Position numbers and translations under genes: made by a program. Shown here piece after piece: positions 29,368 to 39,778 of a DNA stretch of 64,000 nucleotides (positions within the stretch are counted from its first letter, which is position 1; every line of letters begins with the position of its first letter). This DNA is from an uncultured Candidatus Saccharibacteria bacterium (GTDB lineage Bacteria > Patescibacteriota > Minisyncoccia > Phycocordibacterales > 2-02-FULL-43-11). The stretch lies in the NCBI GenBank assembly GCA_964348785.1, contig CAYGDO010000002.1, positions 66,238-130,237 on the forward strand, in the 5' to 3' direction. Under the pieces are notes generated by a model. It was not told the DNA's origin. It saw only the letters and a program-made list of their open reading frames with translations, and made no database searches.

Positions 29368-29395
29368 TTGCCAAATAAATAAGCAAGAGTAATAT
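29368..29395 (+). promoter_or_regulatory. candidate promoter TTGCCA, 16-nt spacer, TAATAT, driving the ncRNA candidate
   Basis: Sequence match placed about 7 nt before the GC-rich RNA start. Confidence 0.35.
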
Positions 29396-29400
29396 TTTCA

Positions 29401-29758
29401 ATGTCTTCGGTGTCGTGAGAAGGAAACGGAGCCACTGATGGGTCTCCCTGCGGAGATACAGAGGGCTCGTGTGATTCCCAAAAAAGTACCCGAAAGGGAC
29501 ATAAGGGAAGAGCCTAAACCCCGGCTTGGCTGGGGGGTTGAGGGACCTCAACATCACGGTATCTACGAACGGTCGCCGGAATAGGTTCGGCGTGACTTAG
29601 TAGGAGAACCGAGAGGTATCCCAAGTAGGTTCGTGCCATGCGACCGAATCCGTCCCAGAACTCTGGGATAAGGCTAAACTCTGAGCGCCCTTGCGAGCGC
29701 GCTCCTCCGAAGACCCGGACCCCCACGTTGCACAAGCGACGTGGGGTTTTGTTTTTTT
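29401..29758 (+). ncRNA. candidate structured non-coding RNA, class unassigned (about 355 nt)
   Basis: GC-rich island on the plus strand amid minus-strand genes. Long-range perfect 8-bp closing stem GUCUUCGG (29403-29410) with CCGAAGAC (29707-29714). GNRA hairpin CCC-GAAA-GGG. Ends with strong terminator ccccacg..cgtgggg plus U-run at 29721-29758. Annotated ORFs here are short and overlapping. Confidence 0.45.
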
Positions 29759-29765
29759 AAAAAAC

Positions 29766-31289
29766 CTAGAAAGAACTCAGCCCCGAATACTCCATAAGCA
29801 AATATTGAACTCTTTTCATTAAACGATCATCCTGATATTTTTCATACCCAACCGAATAAATTTTTCCATTTTCATTATTCCAAATCTCGTCAAAAAACTT
29901 TTGCGCATCTTTAAAAACCATTTCATCCTTGTCGCCCAAAACCAAAACGTTAGTTTCTAAATTATAATTTCCAAGATTTCTTCTTGTTAAATTTGCAGAG
30001 CCTTGTATGAGAGAATAATGATTACTTTTTCTAAAATTAAATGTTTTGTCACTTAAAGACGCCCCTACGGCATCTCTTTTAAATAAAATCAACTTGGAAT
30101 GACACTGCTCACCATGAGTTAAACACCATCTAACTTCAGTGTTATTTGATTTAAGAAGAACCTCGCTCGCCACTTGCCTATTTGGCACACCATCTTTTTC
30201 CCTACCAAAAGCATCTTTGTTGGGATCAAAAAAAAGTCTTATTTTCACCCCTCGCCTATCAGCCTTTTTTATGGCCCTCACAATATCTCTGTCAGAAATA
30301 TAAAACATTGCCATATCAAGACCGTCTCCACTTTGGAGAGTGCTCATCTCCTCCAAAATAGATTTTTTTATTGATTTCTCTGTTAAAAGTTGAACTCTCA
30401 AAGAAGAGGTCACTGTCTCAAAAATCTTTTTGTTAGAAAAATTTGGTTCTACAAAATTGCCATTTGAAAAATCAACAACTAATTTCTCGCTCTGAAGAAC
30501 ATCTCTCCATAATTTTTCATCCACAACTATGGCCGTATTACTGTGAGCACTTGATCCATCGTGAGGATTAGCAGAAGTTATAAGCACAGAAACTTTAATA
30601 TTATTGCTTTCTAACTTATCAGCCAAAACCACCTTCCTGTGGTTAGCCTTAAAATTAAAAAGGGAAAGGTAGGTTCTAATCCCAAGTTTTTGTCCACCTT
30701 GTTTAAAAGGGTTGGGTAAAAAACCAACCTCAGAACTATTAGGAAACCAACCAAAAAAAGCTCGCCAAAAACCACTATAAAGCGGGTTACTATCCCTTAA
30801 AACCTTCAAATTCGTGATTGTAACGCTTATTCCTGCGTCTTTAAGCTCCTCTAGGTGAATTGCCGTAATACCGCCATAAATCTCATTTATAGGGTCAGTA
30901 ATTACTTGTATGACAATTTCTGGATTTTGACGTTTTTTGGTTATTAATTTTTGAGTTAAATCATAAGATAAAGATTTGTAGGAAGAAGTGGCCGTGCCAA
31001 GCATTCCATTAAACAAAAACATATCCATAAGGATATACGAATGAGCTTCATCTATCATCTTAAAAACTTCATCAAAAATCTGTTGGTCCATTTTTCTACT
31101 GGAGGAATCGTCAATGTATGTCTTATCAGACAAAAATCGGACACTTTCTGAAGAAACATTGAAAACCGTTCCGGAAAAATTCACTCCTTTTGGCAAGAGT
31201 TTTACAAGACCATAAATAGCAAAAAAGACATAAATCAGAATTAAAACAAGAAAAAGTTTTTTACAAAAATTTTTAATTTTTAGAAACAT
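29766..31289 (-). CDS. phospholipase D family protein (cardiolipin synthase-like), N-terminal TM
   Basis: Two HKD-like motifs: 'HRKVVLAD...' and 'HSKLILFK...GSANLTRRN'. Confidence 0.65.
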   Translation of the reverse strand: MFLKIKNFCKKLFLVLILIYVFFAIYGLVKLLPKGVNFSGTVFNVSSESVRFLSDKTYIDDSSSRKMDQQIFDEVFKMIDEAHSYILMDMFLFNGMLGTATSSYKSLSYDLTQKLITKKRQNPEIVIQVITDPINEIYGGITAIHLEELKDAGISVTITNLKVLRDSNPLYSGFWRAFFGWFPNSSEVGFLPNPFKQGGQKLGIRTYLSLFNFKANHRKVVLADKLESNNIKVSVLITSANPHDGSSAHSNTAIVVDEKLWRDVLQSEKLVVDFSNGNFVEPNFSNKKIFETVTSSLRVQLLTEKSIKKSILEEMSTLQSGDGLDMAMFYISDRDIVRAIKKADRRGVKIRLFFDPNKDAFGREKDGVPNRQVASEVLLKSNNTEVRWCLTHGEQCHSKLILFKRDAVGASLSDKTFNFRKSNHYSLIQGSANLTRRNLGNYNLETNVLVLGDKDEMVFKDAQKFFDEIWNNENGKIYSVGYEKYQDDRLMKRVQYLLMEYSGLSSF

Positions 31290-31348
31290 AACGAAAGGTA
31301 TTTTAACATTTTGTCATAAAAAACACCCCTCGCAAACCAAAAGAGATG

Positions 31349-31582
31349 TTAAATCGGCACAATGACAAATCTGTCATTTTCCTGGCACAGTTCGAGCTCG
31401 CGCAAAAACGCCCTGACAACACCAAGCTCAACCCACGTTTTATCATCAACGTGAATGACACTAGTTCCAAGCAACCTGACCAAGTCCTCGTCGCGCCTAA
31501 ATGGTTTAAGAAACCGTTTTGCCCTCTTGCCCAGTTTCAATCCCCTTTTCCGTAATCTATGCAAGAAATTTTTAACAGTCAC
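31349..31582 (-). CDS. small basic hypothetical protein (77 aa) in a GC-rich island
   Basis: GTG start preceded by GGAGGT RBS ('ggaggtataagGTG'). Elevated GC. The overlapping plus-strand ORF 31346..31555 is rejected. Confidence 0.45.
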   Translation of the reverse strand: MTVKNFLHRLRKRGLKLGKRAKRFLKPFRRDEDLVRLLGTSVIHVDDKTWVELGVVRAFLRELELCQENDRFVIVPI

Positions 31583-31632
31583 CTTATACCTCCAGAGAAT
31601 ATGATAACTCTAAAACAAAGAGAATCAAAAAA

Positions 31633-32730
31633 TTATAAACCCTGTTTCTTCAATTCCTCAATCAATTTTTTAGAATCTTTTGAAAGTCTGGTTGGTATAT
31701 CTATCTTTATGTGAATCATCAAATCCCCTCTTCTTGTTTTATCAACCGGAACACCTCTACCTTTTACTCTTAATATTTCACCATGTTTAATTCCTTCGGG
31801 AATTTTTATTTTTATACTTCCATCCAAAGCTTTTATCTCATATTCATCGCCAAGAAGAGCACTAGAAAGTTTAATCGGTAAATCCATCGCCAAATTTGAA
31901 CCCTCCTTTCTAAACATTGGATGATTTCTAACATGAACCTTTATATACAAATCACCACTAACACCTTTTGAAATCGCTTCTCCTTCGCCGGTCATCCTAA
32001 TCATCTCACCATTTTCAATACCAGATGGAATTTTAACTGATATTTCGTGTTGTTTTTTTAACACACCCTCTCCGCGACATTTAGAACATGGTTTTTCAGG
32101 AACCTTTCCTCTTCCTCCGCAGACATTACAATTTCTAACAGTTGAAAAAGAGCCGAGAAAAGATTTTTTAGTTTCTCTAACTTGTCCCTTACCATTGCAA
32201 GTCACACAAATTTTTTCCCCAGTCCCTTTTTCAGCTCCATTCCCACTACAAGAATCACAAACTGAAGTCTTATTTAACAAAACCCTTCTTTCTGTACCAA
32301 AAATTGATTCTTCAAAAGAAAGTTCCACATCTATTGAAATATCTCTACCTCTTTTTTGCCTTCCACCCCCACCACCAAAAAAATCTCCAAATATATCTCC
32401 TAAATCAAACTCATTAGAAAAACCTCCCTGTCCGCCGAAACCTTTAGCAAAATCAGAAAAATCAAAACCACCAAAACCTTGAGATGGGTCAAATCCCCCG
32501 GCCTGCCCTCCACCATTTCCACCAAAAACTCTGCCGTAAGTATCATATTCGGCTCTTTTCTTATCATCAGACAACACTGAATAGGCCTCGCTGGCTTCTT
32601 TAAATTTCTGCTCATCACCACCTTTTTTATCAGGATGATATTTATGAGCTAAATTTCTAAAAGCTTTTTTGACTTCATCTTTTGAGGCTCCTTTTTGCAA
32701 ACCTAAAATTTCGTAATAATCTTTATTCAT
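31633..32730 (-). CDS. dnaJ: molecular chaperone DnaJ
   Basis: J-domain 'DYYEILGL...HKYHPDK', G/F-rich region, four CxxCxGxG repeats. Confidence 0.9.
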   Translation of the reverse strand: MNKDYYEILGLQKGASKDEVKKAFRNLAHKYHPDKKGGDEQKFKEASEAYSVLSDDKKRAEYDTYGRVFGGNGGGQAGGFDPSQGFGGFDFSDFAKGFGGQGGFSNEFDLGDIFGDFFGGGGGRQKRGRDISIDVELSFEESIFGTERRVLLNKTSVCDSCSGNGAEKGTGEKICVTCNGKGQVRETKKSFLGSFSTVRNCNVCGGRGKVPEKPCSKCRGEGVLKKQHEISVKIPSGIENGEMIRMTGEGEAISKGVSGDLYIKVHVRNHPMFRKEGSNLAMDLPIKLSSALLGDEYEIKALDGSIKIKIPEGIKHGEILRVKGRGVPVDKTRRGDLMIHIKIDIPTRLSKDSKKLIEELKKQGL

Positions 32731-32821
32731 TTGGCTTGTAGTTTATTATTTAAGAGTTTTGAAAGCAAGGACGAAGACCGAATCGGTTTTTTATAAAACC
32801 GATTCGGTCTTAAAAACAATT

Positions 32822-34738
32822 TTATTTTGTTTCCGCGTCTCTTACATTTCCATCATTAGGAGAAGGGTCTGTTTTGCCTCCTTCTTCTCCATTTGGAGTA
32901 GCGTTGGCATTTTTATTCTGTTCATTCATATACTGGCCAATTTTCTGCATCTCAAGGGACAAAGCTTCAGTTGCACTTTTTATAACTCCCATATCAGTAC
33001 CATCTTTTACCTTTTTTACATCTTCAATTTTTATTTCAATACTCTTAACAACATCAGCTGGAATTTTTTCCTTGTAATCCCTTAAAGATTTTTCTGCCAT
33101 ATAGACTGATTGCTCGGCAATATTTTTCACCTCAACGGATTCTTTCTTTTTCTTGTCTTCTTCACCGTGAAGATCTGCTTCCTTCTTCATCCTCTCAACG
33201 TCAGCGTCCGACAAGCCACTTCTGGCTTCAATTCTTACAGATTGAGTTTTACCACTGGCTTTATCTTTAGCTGTAACTGATAAGATGCCGTTTGCATCAA
33301 CGTCAAAGACAACTTCAACCTGTGGCATACCACGTGGAGCTGGTGGAATTCCGTCCAAAATAAATCGTCCTAGAGATTTGTTATCTCCTGCCATAGCTCT
33401 TTCACCTTGAACAATGTGAATTTCTACAGAAGTCTGATTATCGGCCGCAGTTGAAAAAACTTGAGACTTAGAAGTTGGAATTGTGGTATTTTTATCAATC
33501 AATTTTGTCGCCACACCACCCAAAGTCTCAATACCAAGAGAAAGTGGAATGACATCAAGAAGTAAAATATCCCTAACGTCTCCAGAGATGACTCCACCTT
33601 GGATAGCGGCGCCAATGGCCACAACTTCGTCAGGGTTTACTCCCATATGAGGTTCTTTACCGAAAAAGTCTTTAACCATTTTCTGCATTGCAGGCATTCT
33701 TGTTTGACCTCCCACAAGAACCACTTCATTTATATCTCCTACTTTAAACGGAGAATTATCCATAGCTCTTTTTGTAATGGTCATAGCTCTATCCAAAAAT
33801 TCCGAGGCAAGTTCTTCAAGCTTGGCTCTGGTTAATTTCATAAGCAAATGCTTTGGACCGTTAGCATCAGAGGTAATAAAAGGTATATTGATTTCAGTCT
33901 CTACGGCCGTAGAAAGTTCAATCTTAGCCTTTTCAGAAGCCTCATCTAGTCTTTGCAGGGCCAATGGATCTTTGGTCACATCTATACCATTTTCTTTCTT
34001 AAATTGATCTGCTACAAAATTTATAATTTTCGCATCGATATCTCTACCTCCCAAGTGAGAATCCCCATCGGTTGATTTTACTTCAACTACATCATCTCCA
34101 ACTTCAAGAATCGAAACATCGAAAGTTCCTCCACCGAAGTCAAAGACTGCAATTTTCTCATCTTTCTTTTTGTTAAATCCGTACGCAAGAGCGGCGGCGG
34201 TTGGTTCGTTAATAATTCTTTTTACATCAAGGCCTGCAATCTTACCAGCATCTTTTGTGGCTTGTCTTTGGCTATCGTTAAAATAAGCAGGTACTGTGAT
34301 AACAGCTTCAGTAATTTTTTCTCCAAGCCTTGCCTCAGCATCTTGTTTAAATTTCTGAAGAATCATGGCCGAAACTTCTTCTGGTGTCATCCACTTGCCT
34401 GCCTTGCCGTCAGGCAGGTCACCAAGCTTTACTTCAACGCCACCATTTGATGCCTTTCTTACTTCAAACGAAACATTTTTTATATCCTTCTGAACTGCAG
34501 GATCGTCAAAGGTGTGTCCGATAAATCTTTTAATTTGAAAGATTGTATTTTTTGGATTTGTAACGGCTTGTCTTTTTGCAAGTAAGCCCACCAACCTCTC
34601 TCCAGTTTTCGAAGCTGAAATAATTGATGGTGTAGTTCGGACACCTTCTGCATTTTCTATTATCTTTGGTGTACCACCTTCCATAATGGCCATAGCTGAA
34701 TATGTAGTACCCAAGTCTATTCCTAATATTTTACTCAT
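32822..34738 (-). CDS. dnaK: molecular chaperone DnaK (Hsp70)
   Basis: '[15 protein letters not shown]', '[12 protein letters not shown]' Hsp70 signatures. Confidence 0.95.
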   Translation of the reverse strand: MSKILGIDLGTTYSAMAIMEGGTPKIIENAEGVRTTPSIISASKTGERLVGLLAKRQAVTNPKNTIFQIKRFIGHTFDDPAVQKDIKNVSFEVRKASNGGVEVKLGDLPDGKAGKWMTPEEVSAMILQKFKQDAEARLGEKITEAVITVPAYFNDSQRQATKDAGKIAGLDVKRIINEPTAAALAYGFNKKKDEKIAVFDFGGGTFDVSILEVGDDVVEVKSTDGDSHLGGRDIDAKIINFVADQFKKENGIDVTKDPLALQRLDEASEKAKIELSTAVETEINIPFITSDANGPKHLLMKLTRAKLEELASEFLDRAMTITKRAMDNSPFKVGDINEVVLVGGQTRMPAMQKMVKDFFGKEPHMGVNPDEVVAIGAAIQGGVISGDVRDILLLDVIPLSLGIETLGGVATKLIDKNTTIPTSKSQVFSTAADNQTSVEIHIVQGERAMAGDNKSLGRFILDGIPPAPRGMPQVEVVFDVDANGILSVTAKDKASGKTQSVRIEARSGLSDADVERMKKEADLHGEEDKKKKESVEVKNIAEQSVYMAEKSLRDYKEKIPADVVKSIEIKIEDVKKVKDGTDMGVIKSATEALSLEMQKIGQYMNEQNKNANATPNGEEGGKTDPSPNDGNVRDAETK

Positions 34739-34762
34739 AGTTTTTTTAATTAGTTGTTAATC

Positions 34763-34789
34763 GCCTCATCGGCGATCTGCCGATGAGGC
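34763..34789 (-). promoter_or_regulatory. perfect 11-bp inverted repeat (GCCTCATCGGC-N5-GCCGATGAGGC) 25-50 nt upstream of dnaK start
   Basis: Palindrome in the dnaK 5' region. It is not the CIRCE consensus and is not followed by a U-run on the minus strand. Confidence 0.35.
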
Positions 34790-34937
34790 AGATTTATAAC
34801 CTTACTCGATAAGAACACGTTAAAAAAATAAAACCTCAATCAGTTACCGATTCATCGTTTTTTTCAATGAAAATTGGTTCACCAGTTGGCTAATTGAGAA
34901 TTGTCTCGCATGGCGAAATTCCGCCTAGCGGGAAAAA

Positions 34938-35237
34938 TTAAAAAGATGGAGCTCTAGTCATCTGACTGACAAAAAATTGATTTTGAAGGTAAGGAGAAAC
35001 CCTTTCAGAAAATTTTCTAAAAATATTTCGATTTTCAATATATTTCTTACTACCACATAAAAGGCAAAGCCTTGAATCATTTGAGTCAAAATTTGAATCT
35101 ACCGGAACCAGACTGACCACTTTCCAAAAAAATTTACCTCCTTTAAATACAACAAGAAAACTGGCCTGATATTCATTACCAGATTTATCAAAAATACGTC
35201 TCTCTACAATTTTTGCTCTATAATTTAAATCAAGCAT
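34938..35237 (-). CDS. hypothetical protein between grpE and dnaK
   Basis: ORF only. Confidence 0.35.
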   Translation of the reverse strand: MLDLNYRAKIVERRIFDKSGNEYQASFLVVFKGGKFFWKVVSLVPVDSNFDSNDSRLCLLCGSKKYIENRNIFRKFSERVSPYLQNQFFVSQMTRAPSF

Positions 35238-35243
35238 TTTATT

Positions 35244-35825
35244 TTATTTTGAAACGTACCTTCCAACCCTCACTTTGGCCGGTCTTAACACTCTATCATA
35301 GATTTTATATCCCTTCTGTAAAACATCGATAATAAAACCATCCTGTTTTTCATCCGCCACATCAACCATCTCAACTGCCAAATGTTTAGCAGGCTCAAAT
35401 TCTTCACCTTTTGGATCATCGGCTTTAATATTATTTTTCTCCAATGCCAAAATCAATTGAGAATAAATCATTTCCATCCCCTTTCTAAAGTTTACGTCAG
35501 CATTTTCCCAAGCTGGACTATTTTTAGCGGAATCAAAACTATCCATAGCATTTAAAATATCATTGGCTAACGGTTCAACAGCAAACTTTAAAAACTCAGC
35601 TCTTTCTGAAACTTCTCTCTTTTTATAATTTACAAAATCTGCCTGATTCCTTTGCCACCCAGTAAGATACTCGGTTGCTTTTGATTCGGCCTCCTTCAAC
35701 TTTAATCGCAATTTCTTTATAGTCTCAGCTTGAGATTCTTCAGCAACAACAGAGTCGTCAAGATCAGAATCTTGTTCTATTACAACGTCATTTTCGTCTT
35801 TGTTTTGCTTATTATCTTCGTCCAT
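35244..35825 (-). CDS. grpE: nucleotide exchange factor GrpE
   Basis: Acidic N-terminus, coiled-coil, 'GWQRNQADFVNYKKR' GrpE core. Confidence 0.85.
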   Translation of the reverse strand: MDEDNKQNKDENDVVIEQDSDLDDSVVAEESQAETIKKLRLKLKEAESKATEYLTGWQRNQADFVNYKKREVSERAEFLKFAVEPLANDILNAMDSFDSAKNSPAWENADVNFRKGMEMIYSQLILALEKNNIKADDPKGEEFEPAKHLAVEMVDVADEKQDGFIIDVLQKGYKIYDRVLRPAKVRVGRYVSK

Positions 35826-35913
35826 AGTCCATCTATTTTATACAAAAACTAGATAAAATCAAATGACGACATTTATAAAAAAATCCCGCTTGTGTAGCGG
35901 GATTTTTTTATAA

Positions 35914-36321
35914 TTAACGTTTGGACCACTGTGGAGCCTTTCTGGCCTTCTTCAAACCGAACTTTCTTCTTTCCTTACTTCTTGGGTCTCTCTTTAAAAA
36001 TCCTGCTTTTTTTAATTTCCTTCTAAGTTCCTGATCTTTTTCAACCAATACTCTTGCCAAACCGTGTCTTATGGCTTCAGCTTGCGAAGAAAAACCTCCG
36101 CCCTGAACCATAACTTCAACTTTAAATTTATCTTCAACTTTTGCTTTTGAAAATGCCTCAGTGGCAACTCTGTTGCCTTCTTTTGATTTAAAATAATCTT
36201 CAACGTTTTTACCATTCACAGTAAAAGAAGACTTTGTTGCAGGAGAAACTCTAACTCTGGCGATTGAAGTTTTTCTTCTACCCACTGCTTCTACATATGC
36301 TTTTTTTGTATCATTTTCCAT
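35914..36321 (-). CDS. rpsI: 30S ribosomal protein S9
   Basis: C-terminal '...GLKKARKAPQWSKR'. Confidence 0.9.
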   Translation of the reverse strand: MENDTKKAYVEAVGRRKTSIARVRVSPATKSSFTVNGKNVEDYFKSKEGNRVATEAFSKAKVEDKFKVEVMVQGGGFSSQAEAIRHGLARVLVEKDQELRRKLKKAGFLKRDPRSKERRKFGLKKARKAPQWSKR

Positions 36322-36331
36322 ATAACTTTTA

Positions 36332-36685
36332 TTATTCTGTAACCGATAGTTTCTTTAATCTGCCGACCTGTAGTCTATTTCTTGGCATCATTTTTCTTAC
36401 AGCCCCTCTAAATGCTTCGCCGATACCTTTCTTAGCAATAAGAGCTTCTAAAGAAAAACTTCGGAGACCTCCTGGATAACCAGAATATTTTGTATAAGTC
36501 TTGTTTTTCAATTTCTTTTCAGAAATATTAACTTTTGAAGCATTGATAATCTCAACACTTCCATCATAGACTTCATTCTTGGAGAAACTAACACTTTCTT
36601 TCCCCATAAGAATACTAGCTGCTTTTGAAGCAACTCTTCCGAACGATTTACCTGTAGCGTCTATGGTGTGTTTGTTCATAATCAA
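36332..36685 (-). CDS. rplM: 50S ribosomal protein L13
   Basis: L13 N-terminal signature. Immediately upstream of rpsI. Confidence 0.9.
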   Translation of the reverse strand: MIMNKHTIDATGKSFGRVASKAASILMGKESVSFSKNEVYDGSVEIINASKVNISEKKLKNKTYTKYSGYPGGLRSFSLEALIAKKGIGEAFRGAVRKMMPRNRLQVGRLKKLSVTE

Positions 36686-36718
36686 CGATTCTATAATAAA
36701 AACCTTTTAAAAATCAAC

Positions 36719-37066
36719 TTATACAAACTCAATGACTGCCATCTTGGCACCGTCACTCTTTCTAATTTTGGTTTTGATAATTCTTGTGTAACCACCACTC
36801 CTTTTTTCATACTTTGAAGCTAAATCGGTAAAAACCTTATCAGCAACTCTTTTTGAAGATCTTGAAGTAAGAAGTCTTTTTGAAGCTTGGCCACCTCTTT
36901 TACCAAGAGTAATCAATTTCTCAACAAAAGGACGTATTTCCCTAGCCTTCGCTTCAGTTGTTTGAATTTTTCCATTACTAAACAAACCTTCAATTAAAGT
37001 TTTTATAAGGGCTCTTCTTACCCCTTTTTCTCTACCAAATTTTCTTATGTTCTTTTTCTTTTTCAT
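36719..37066 (-). CDS. rplQ: 50S ribosomal protein L17
   Basis: L17 signature. Follows rpoA. Confidence 0.9.
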   Translation of the reverse strand: MKKKKNIRKFGREKGVRRALIKTLIEGLFSNGKIQTTEAKAREIRPFVEKLITLGKRGGQASKRLLTSRSSKRVADKVFTDLASKYEKRSGGYTRIIKTKIRKSDGAKMAVIEFV

Positions 37067-37078
37067 CTTTCTCTAAAA

Positions 37079-38053
37079 TTATTTCAATTTAATGCCTAAA
37101 TCTGAAAGAACCTTCTTAATTTCTTGAACACCTTTTGTGCCTAAACCATCAATATCTAAAATATCAGCTTCGCCCTTTCTTGCAAGACCACCGACTGTTC
37201 TGATATTAGCATTGATAAGAGCATTAGAAGTTCTCTGTGACAATTCAAGGGCTTCGATTCTAGTTTTCAAAATTTCTGGATCAACTTCCTTTTTAGGTTC
37301 TTTAGAAACTTCTTTTTCTGCTGAGGTGTTATTTTCAACAGGAGCTTCCTCTATAGGCGCTTCTTCAAAACCCACGACGGCTTTCAACTGATCAATCATA
37401 ATTTTTATTGATTGTTCTAAAGCATCATTGGGTGTAATTGTACCGTTAGTTTCAATAAACAATTTCAATCGATTGAAATCCGTTCTATTGCCAACTCTCA
37501 TATTTTCAACTTCATAATTAACCCTTTTTATAGGAGTGAAGCTGGCATCAAGAGCAATTTCTCCAATTGAAACTCTATCCTTTTGAATAGATTCTTTTGG
37601 CATGTAACCCAAACCTTGTTCAACTTTAATTTCCATATCTAATACAGCACCCTTTTCAGTTAAAGTGGCAATGTGTTGATCAGGATTCAAAACTTCAATT
37701 TGTCCAGGCACTTCAATATCACCGGCCTTAACTTCACATGGACCAGTAGCCTTAATTCTTAAAACTTGCGGCTCTTCAGTGGTTGCTTTGAAAATAACCT
37801 TCTTCAAATTAAGAATGATCATTATAACGTCCTCCTTTACTCCAGAAATAGTAGAAAATTCGTGACCAACATTTTCTATTTTTAAAGAAATTGGAGCAAC
37901 ACCAGGCAAAGAAGAAAGAATTATTCTTCTTAAAGAATTTCCTAGTGTATGACCATAACCAGGATAAAGACTGTCAATTTCATAAGAACCAGAGTTTTCT
38001 GATTCTTTAACTATCCTTGGCTTTGATGGCAAGACTATTTTTATATCAGGCAT
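37079..38053 (-). CDS. rpoA: DNA-directed RNA polymerase subunit alpha
   Basis: 'SLYPGYGHTLGNSLRRILLSSLPG' N-terminal domain, C-terminal domain HhH. Confidence 0.95.
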   Translation of the reverse strand: MPDIKIVLPSKPRIVKESENSGSYEIDSLYPGYGHTLGNSLRRIILSSLPGVAPISLKIENVGHEFSTISGVKEDVIMIILNLKKVIFKATTEEPQVLRIKATGPCEVKAGDIEVPGQIEVLNPDQHIATLTEKGAVLDMEIKVEQGLGYMPKESIQKDRVSIGEIALDASFTPIKRVNYEVENMRVGNRTDFNRLKLFIETNGTITPNDALEQSIKIMIDQLKAVVGFEEAPIEEAPVENNTSAEKEVSKEPKKEVDPEILKTRIEALELSQRTSNALINANIRTVGGLARKGEADILDIDGLGTKGVQEIKKVLSDLGIKLK

Positions 38054-38097
38054 ACTAATAAAAATTAGCTTTTAAAAATAAAAAATAAAAAATTAAA

Positions 38098-38700
38098 CTA
38101 TCTTCTGTAAAACTCCAAAATTGTAAAGATATCAAAAGCCAATTCTGTTGGGGAAAATCTTGGCAAAGACAAGACCTTACCCTCCATCTTTGAAACATCA
38201 AAATTAAGCCAATTTGGGACATTTGCTTCTTTTGATTTTTCTGCAATATTTGAAAAAATCTTCTTTCCTTTACTACTTGCTACTACAGTGACCAAATCAC
38301 CAATAGAAGCTGTAAAAGATGGCACATCTACTCTTTTGCCGTTAACTGCTATATGTCCGTGAGAAACCATTTGTCTTGAAGCAAGTCTTGTAGGAGCCAA
38401 ACCTAATCTGTATACAACATTGTCTAATCTTGTTTCAAGGGCTTCTATCAAACTTTCCTCTGGTTTCTTACTCTTCTCTGCAATAGCTTTTTCGGCATAT
38501 TTTTTAAACTGTCTTTCATTCATCAAATAAGTAAAACGGGCTTTTTGTTTTTCAAGCAAAGCTTTACCGAAATCAGTAACCATGCCCTCAAACTTTTTAC
38601 CCTTTCTTGACATTCGAGCAGCAAATTTTTGAGTTTGAGTTTTCTCAAATATTGCCGGTCCCAATCTTCTTGCTATTTTATATTTTGACTTTATTTGCAT
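38098..38700 (-). CDS. rpsD: 30S ribosomal protein S4
   Basis: S4 N-terminus and S4 RNA-binding domain. Confidence 0.9.
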   Translation of the reverse strand: MQIKSKYKIARRLGPAIFEKTQTQKFAARMSRKGKKFEGMVTDFGKALLEKQKARFTYLMNERQFKKYAEKAIAEKSKKPEESLIEALETRLDNVVYRLGLAPTRLASRQMVSHGHIAVNGKRVDVPSFTASIGDLVTVVASSKGKKIFSNIAEKSKEANVPNWLNFDVSKMEGKVLSLPRFSPTELAFDIFTILEFYRR

Positions 38701-38732
38701 ATACCTTTTGATCTTTTAAGTAAAATAATATT

Positions 38733-39161
38733 TTAGACTCTTCTTGGTTTTGGCGGTCTTGGCCCGTTATGTGGTACGGGGGTTGCGTCCTTTATTTTTT
38801 TCAAAACAATTCCTTTTGATATAAAACCTCTAACCGCTGATTCTCTACCCGCTCCAACACCGGAGATAACAACAGAAACTTCTCTCATGCCATATTCATT
38901 AGCTTTGTCAGCCAAAGTCTCTCCGACTTTCGCTGCGGCAAAAGGAGTACCTTTCTTTGCACCCTTGAAACCCAAAGCTCCGCTTGAAGATGAAAAAGCA
39001 ATATTACCCTTTTCATCAGCAACAGATAAGATAGTATTGTTATAAGTAGAACTAACAAAAAGAACACCGGAAGTTAAAACTTTCTTTTTTGATGACTTCC
39101 CAACTTTACTATTTTTATCGCTGGAAGTTTCGTTTGTTGTTACTATTCTTTTCTTTCCCAT
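38733..39161 (-). CDS. rpsK: 30S ribosomal protein S11
   Basis: S11 core 'ILSVADEKGNIAFSSSSGALGFKGAKKGTPFAA'. Confidence 0.9.
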   Translation of the reverse strand: MGKKRIVTTNETSSDKNSKVGKSSKKKVLTSGVLFVSSTYNNTILSVADEKGNIAFSSSSGALGFKGAKKGTPFAAAKVGETLADKANEYGMREVSVVISGVGAGRESAVRGFISKGIVLKKIKDATPVPHNGPRPPKPRRV

Positions 39162-39179
39162 TTTTTAAAAAATTATTTT

Positions 39180-39560
39180 TTATTTTTTCTCAGCAGCCCT
39201 TCTTCCTGTACCCATAGTCTTTCTAATGTTACCCCTTCTTGTTCTTGAATTTGTCTTTGTTCTCTGCCCTCTTGAAGGTAAACTTCTTGCGTGTCTTGCT
39301 CCTCTATAACACTTTACATCTTTAAGTCTTTTTATGTTTCCTGAAACTTCTCTTTTTAAATCGCCTTCAATTTTGTAACTCTCAATCACTTTTCTTATTG
39401 CATTCTCTTCATCCGCAGTGACTTCCTGTGATTTCTTATTAAGATCAACTTTGGCCTTTTTTAAAATTTCATTTGCTCTAGAGTGACCGATACCGAAAAG
39501 ATAAGTCAAAGCAATATCTATTCTTTTATTTTCTGGAAGTGTTATACCTAAAATTCTCAT
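39180..39560 (-). CDS. rpsM: 30S ribosomal protein S13
   Basis: 'MRILGITLPENKRIDIALTYLFGIG'. Confidence 0.9.
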   Translation of the reverse strand: MRILGITLPENKRIDIALTYLFGIGHSRANEILKKAKVDLNKKSQEVTADEENAIRKVIESYKIEGDLKREVSGNIKRLKDVKCYRGARHARSLPSRGQRTKTNSRTRRGNIRKTMGTGRRAAEKK

Positions 39561-39595
39561 TTTTTTTCAGAATAAGATTATAAAAAATAATTTGA

Positions 39596-39712
39596 TTAAC
39601 CCTGTCTCTGTTTATGTCTTGGGTTACCTGTACAAATAACATAAAGATAGCCCTTTCTACGGACTGTCTTACATTTCGGACACAACTTTTTTACTGATGC
39701 CTTGACTCTCAT
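39596..39712 (-). CDS. rpmJ: 50S ribosomal protein L36 (38 aa; below the ORF-track size cut-off)
   Basis: Hand translation gives '[38 protein letters not shown]' (C-x2-C...C-x-H zinc ribbon). Lies between infA and rpsM as in canonical operons. Confidence 0.85.
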   Translation of the reverse strand: MRVKASVKKLCPKCKTVRRKGYLYVICTGNPRHKQRQG

Positions 39713-39778
39713 CTATTTTTATTACAAAAACAAAAAACCTTTTTGTAGGCAGAAGCTTAACATCTCCTTGATTTTAAG

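Noticed and set aside
29228-29735. ORFs 29228..29557 and 29514..29735 (minus)
   Set aside because: They lie within the GC-rich structured RNA region on the opposite strand. They are short and overlapping, and stop-poor only because of the high GC.
29401-29758. RNase P, SRP or cobalamin-riboswitch assignment for the second structured RNA
   Set aside because: Only about 8 nt separate the P1-like stem from the P4-like 'AGGAAACGGAGCC', leaving no room for P2/P3. The SRP domain IV motif is absent. 'GCCACUG' resembles a B12 box but the rest of the cobalamin core is missing and there is no downstream same-strand gene to regulate.
31346-31555. Plus-strand 69-aa ORF
   Set aside because: It is antisense to the minus-strand ORF, which has a GGAGGT RBS and a GTG start. 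It has no RBS of its own.
34763-34789. CIRCE heat-shock operator upstream of dnaK
   Set aside because: The palindrome sequence does not match CIRCE (TTAGCACTC-N9-GAGTGCTAA). It is kept as an unknown operator instead.
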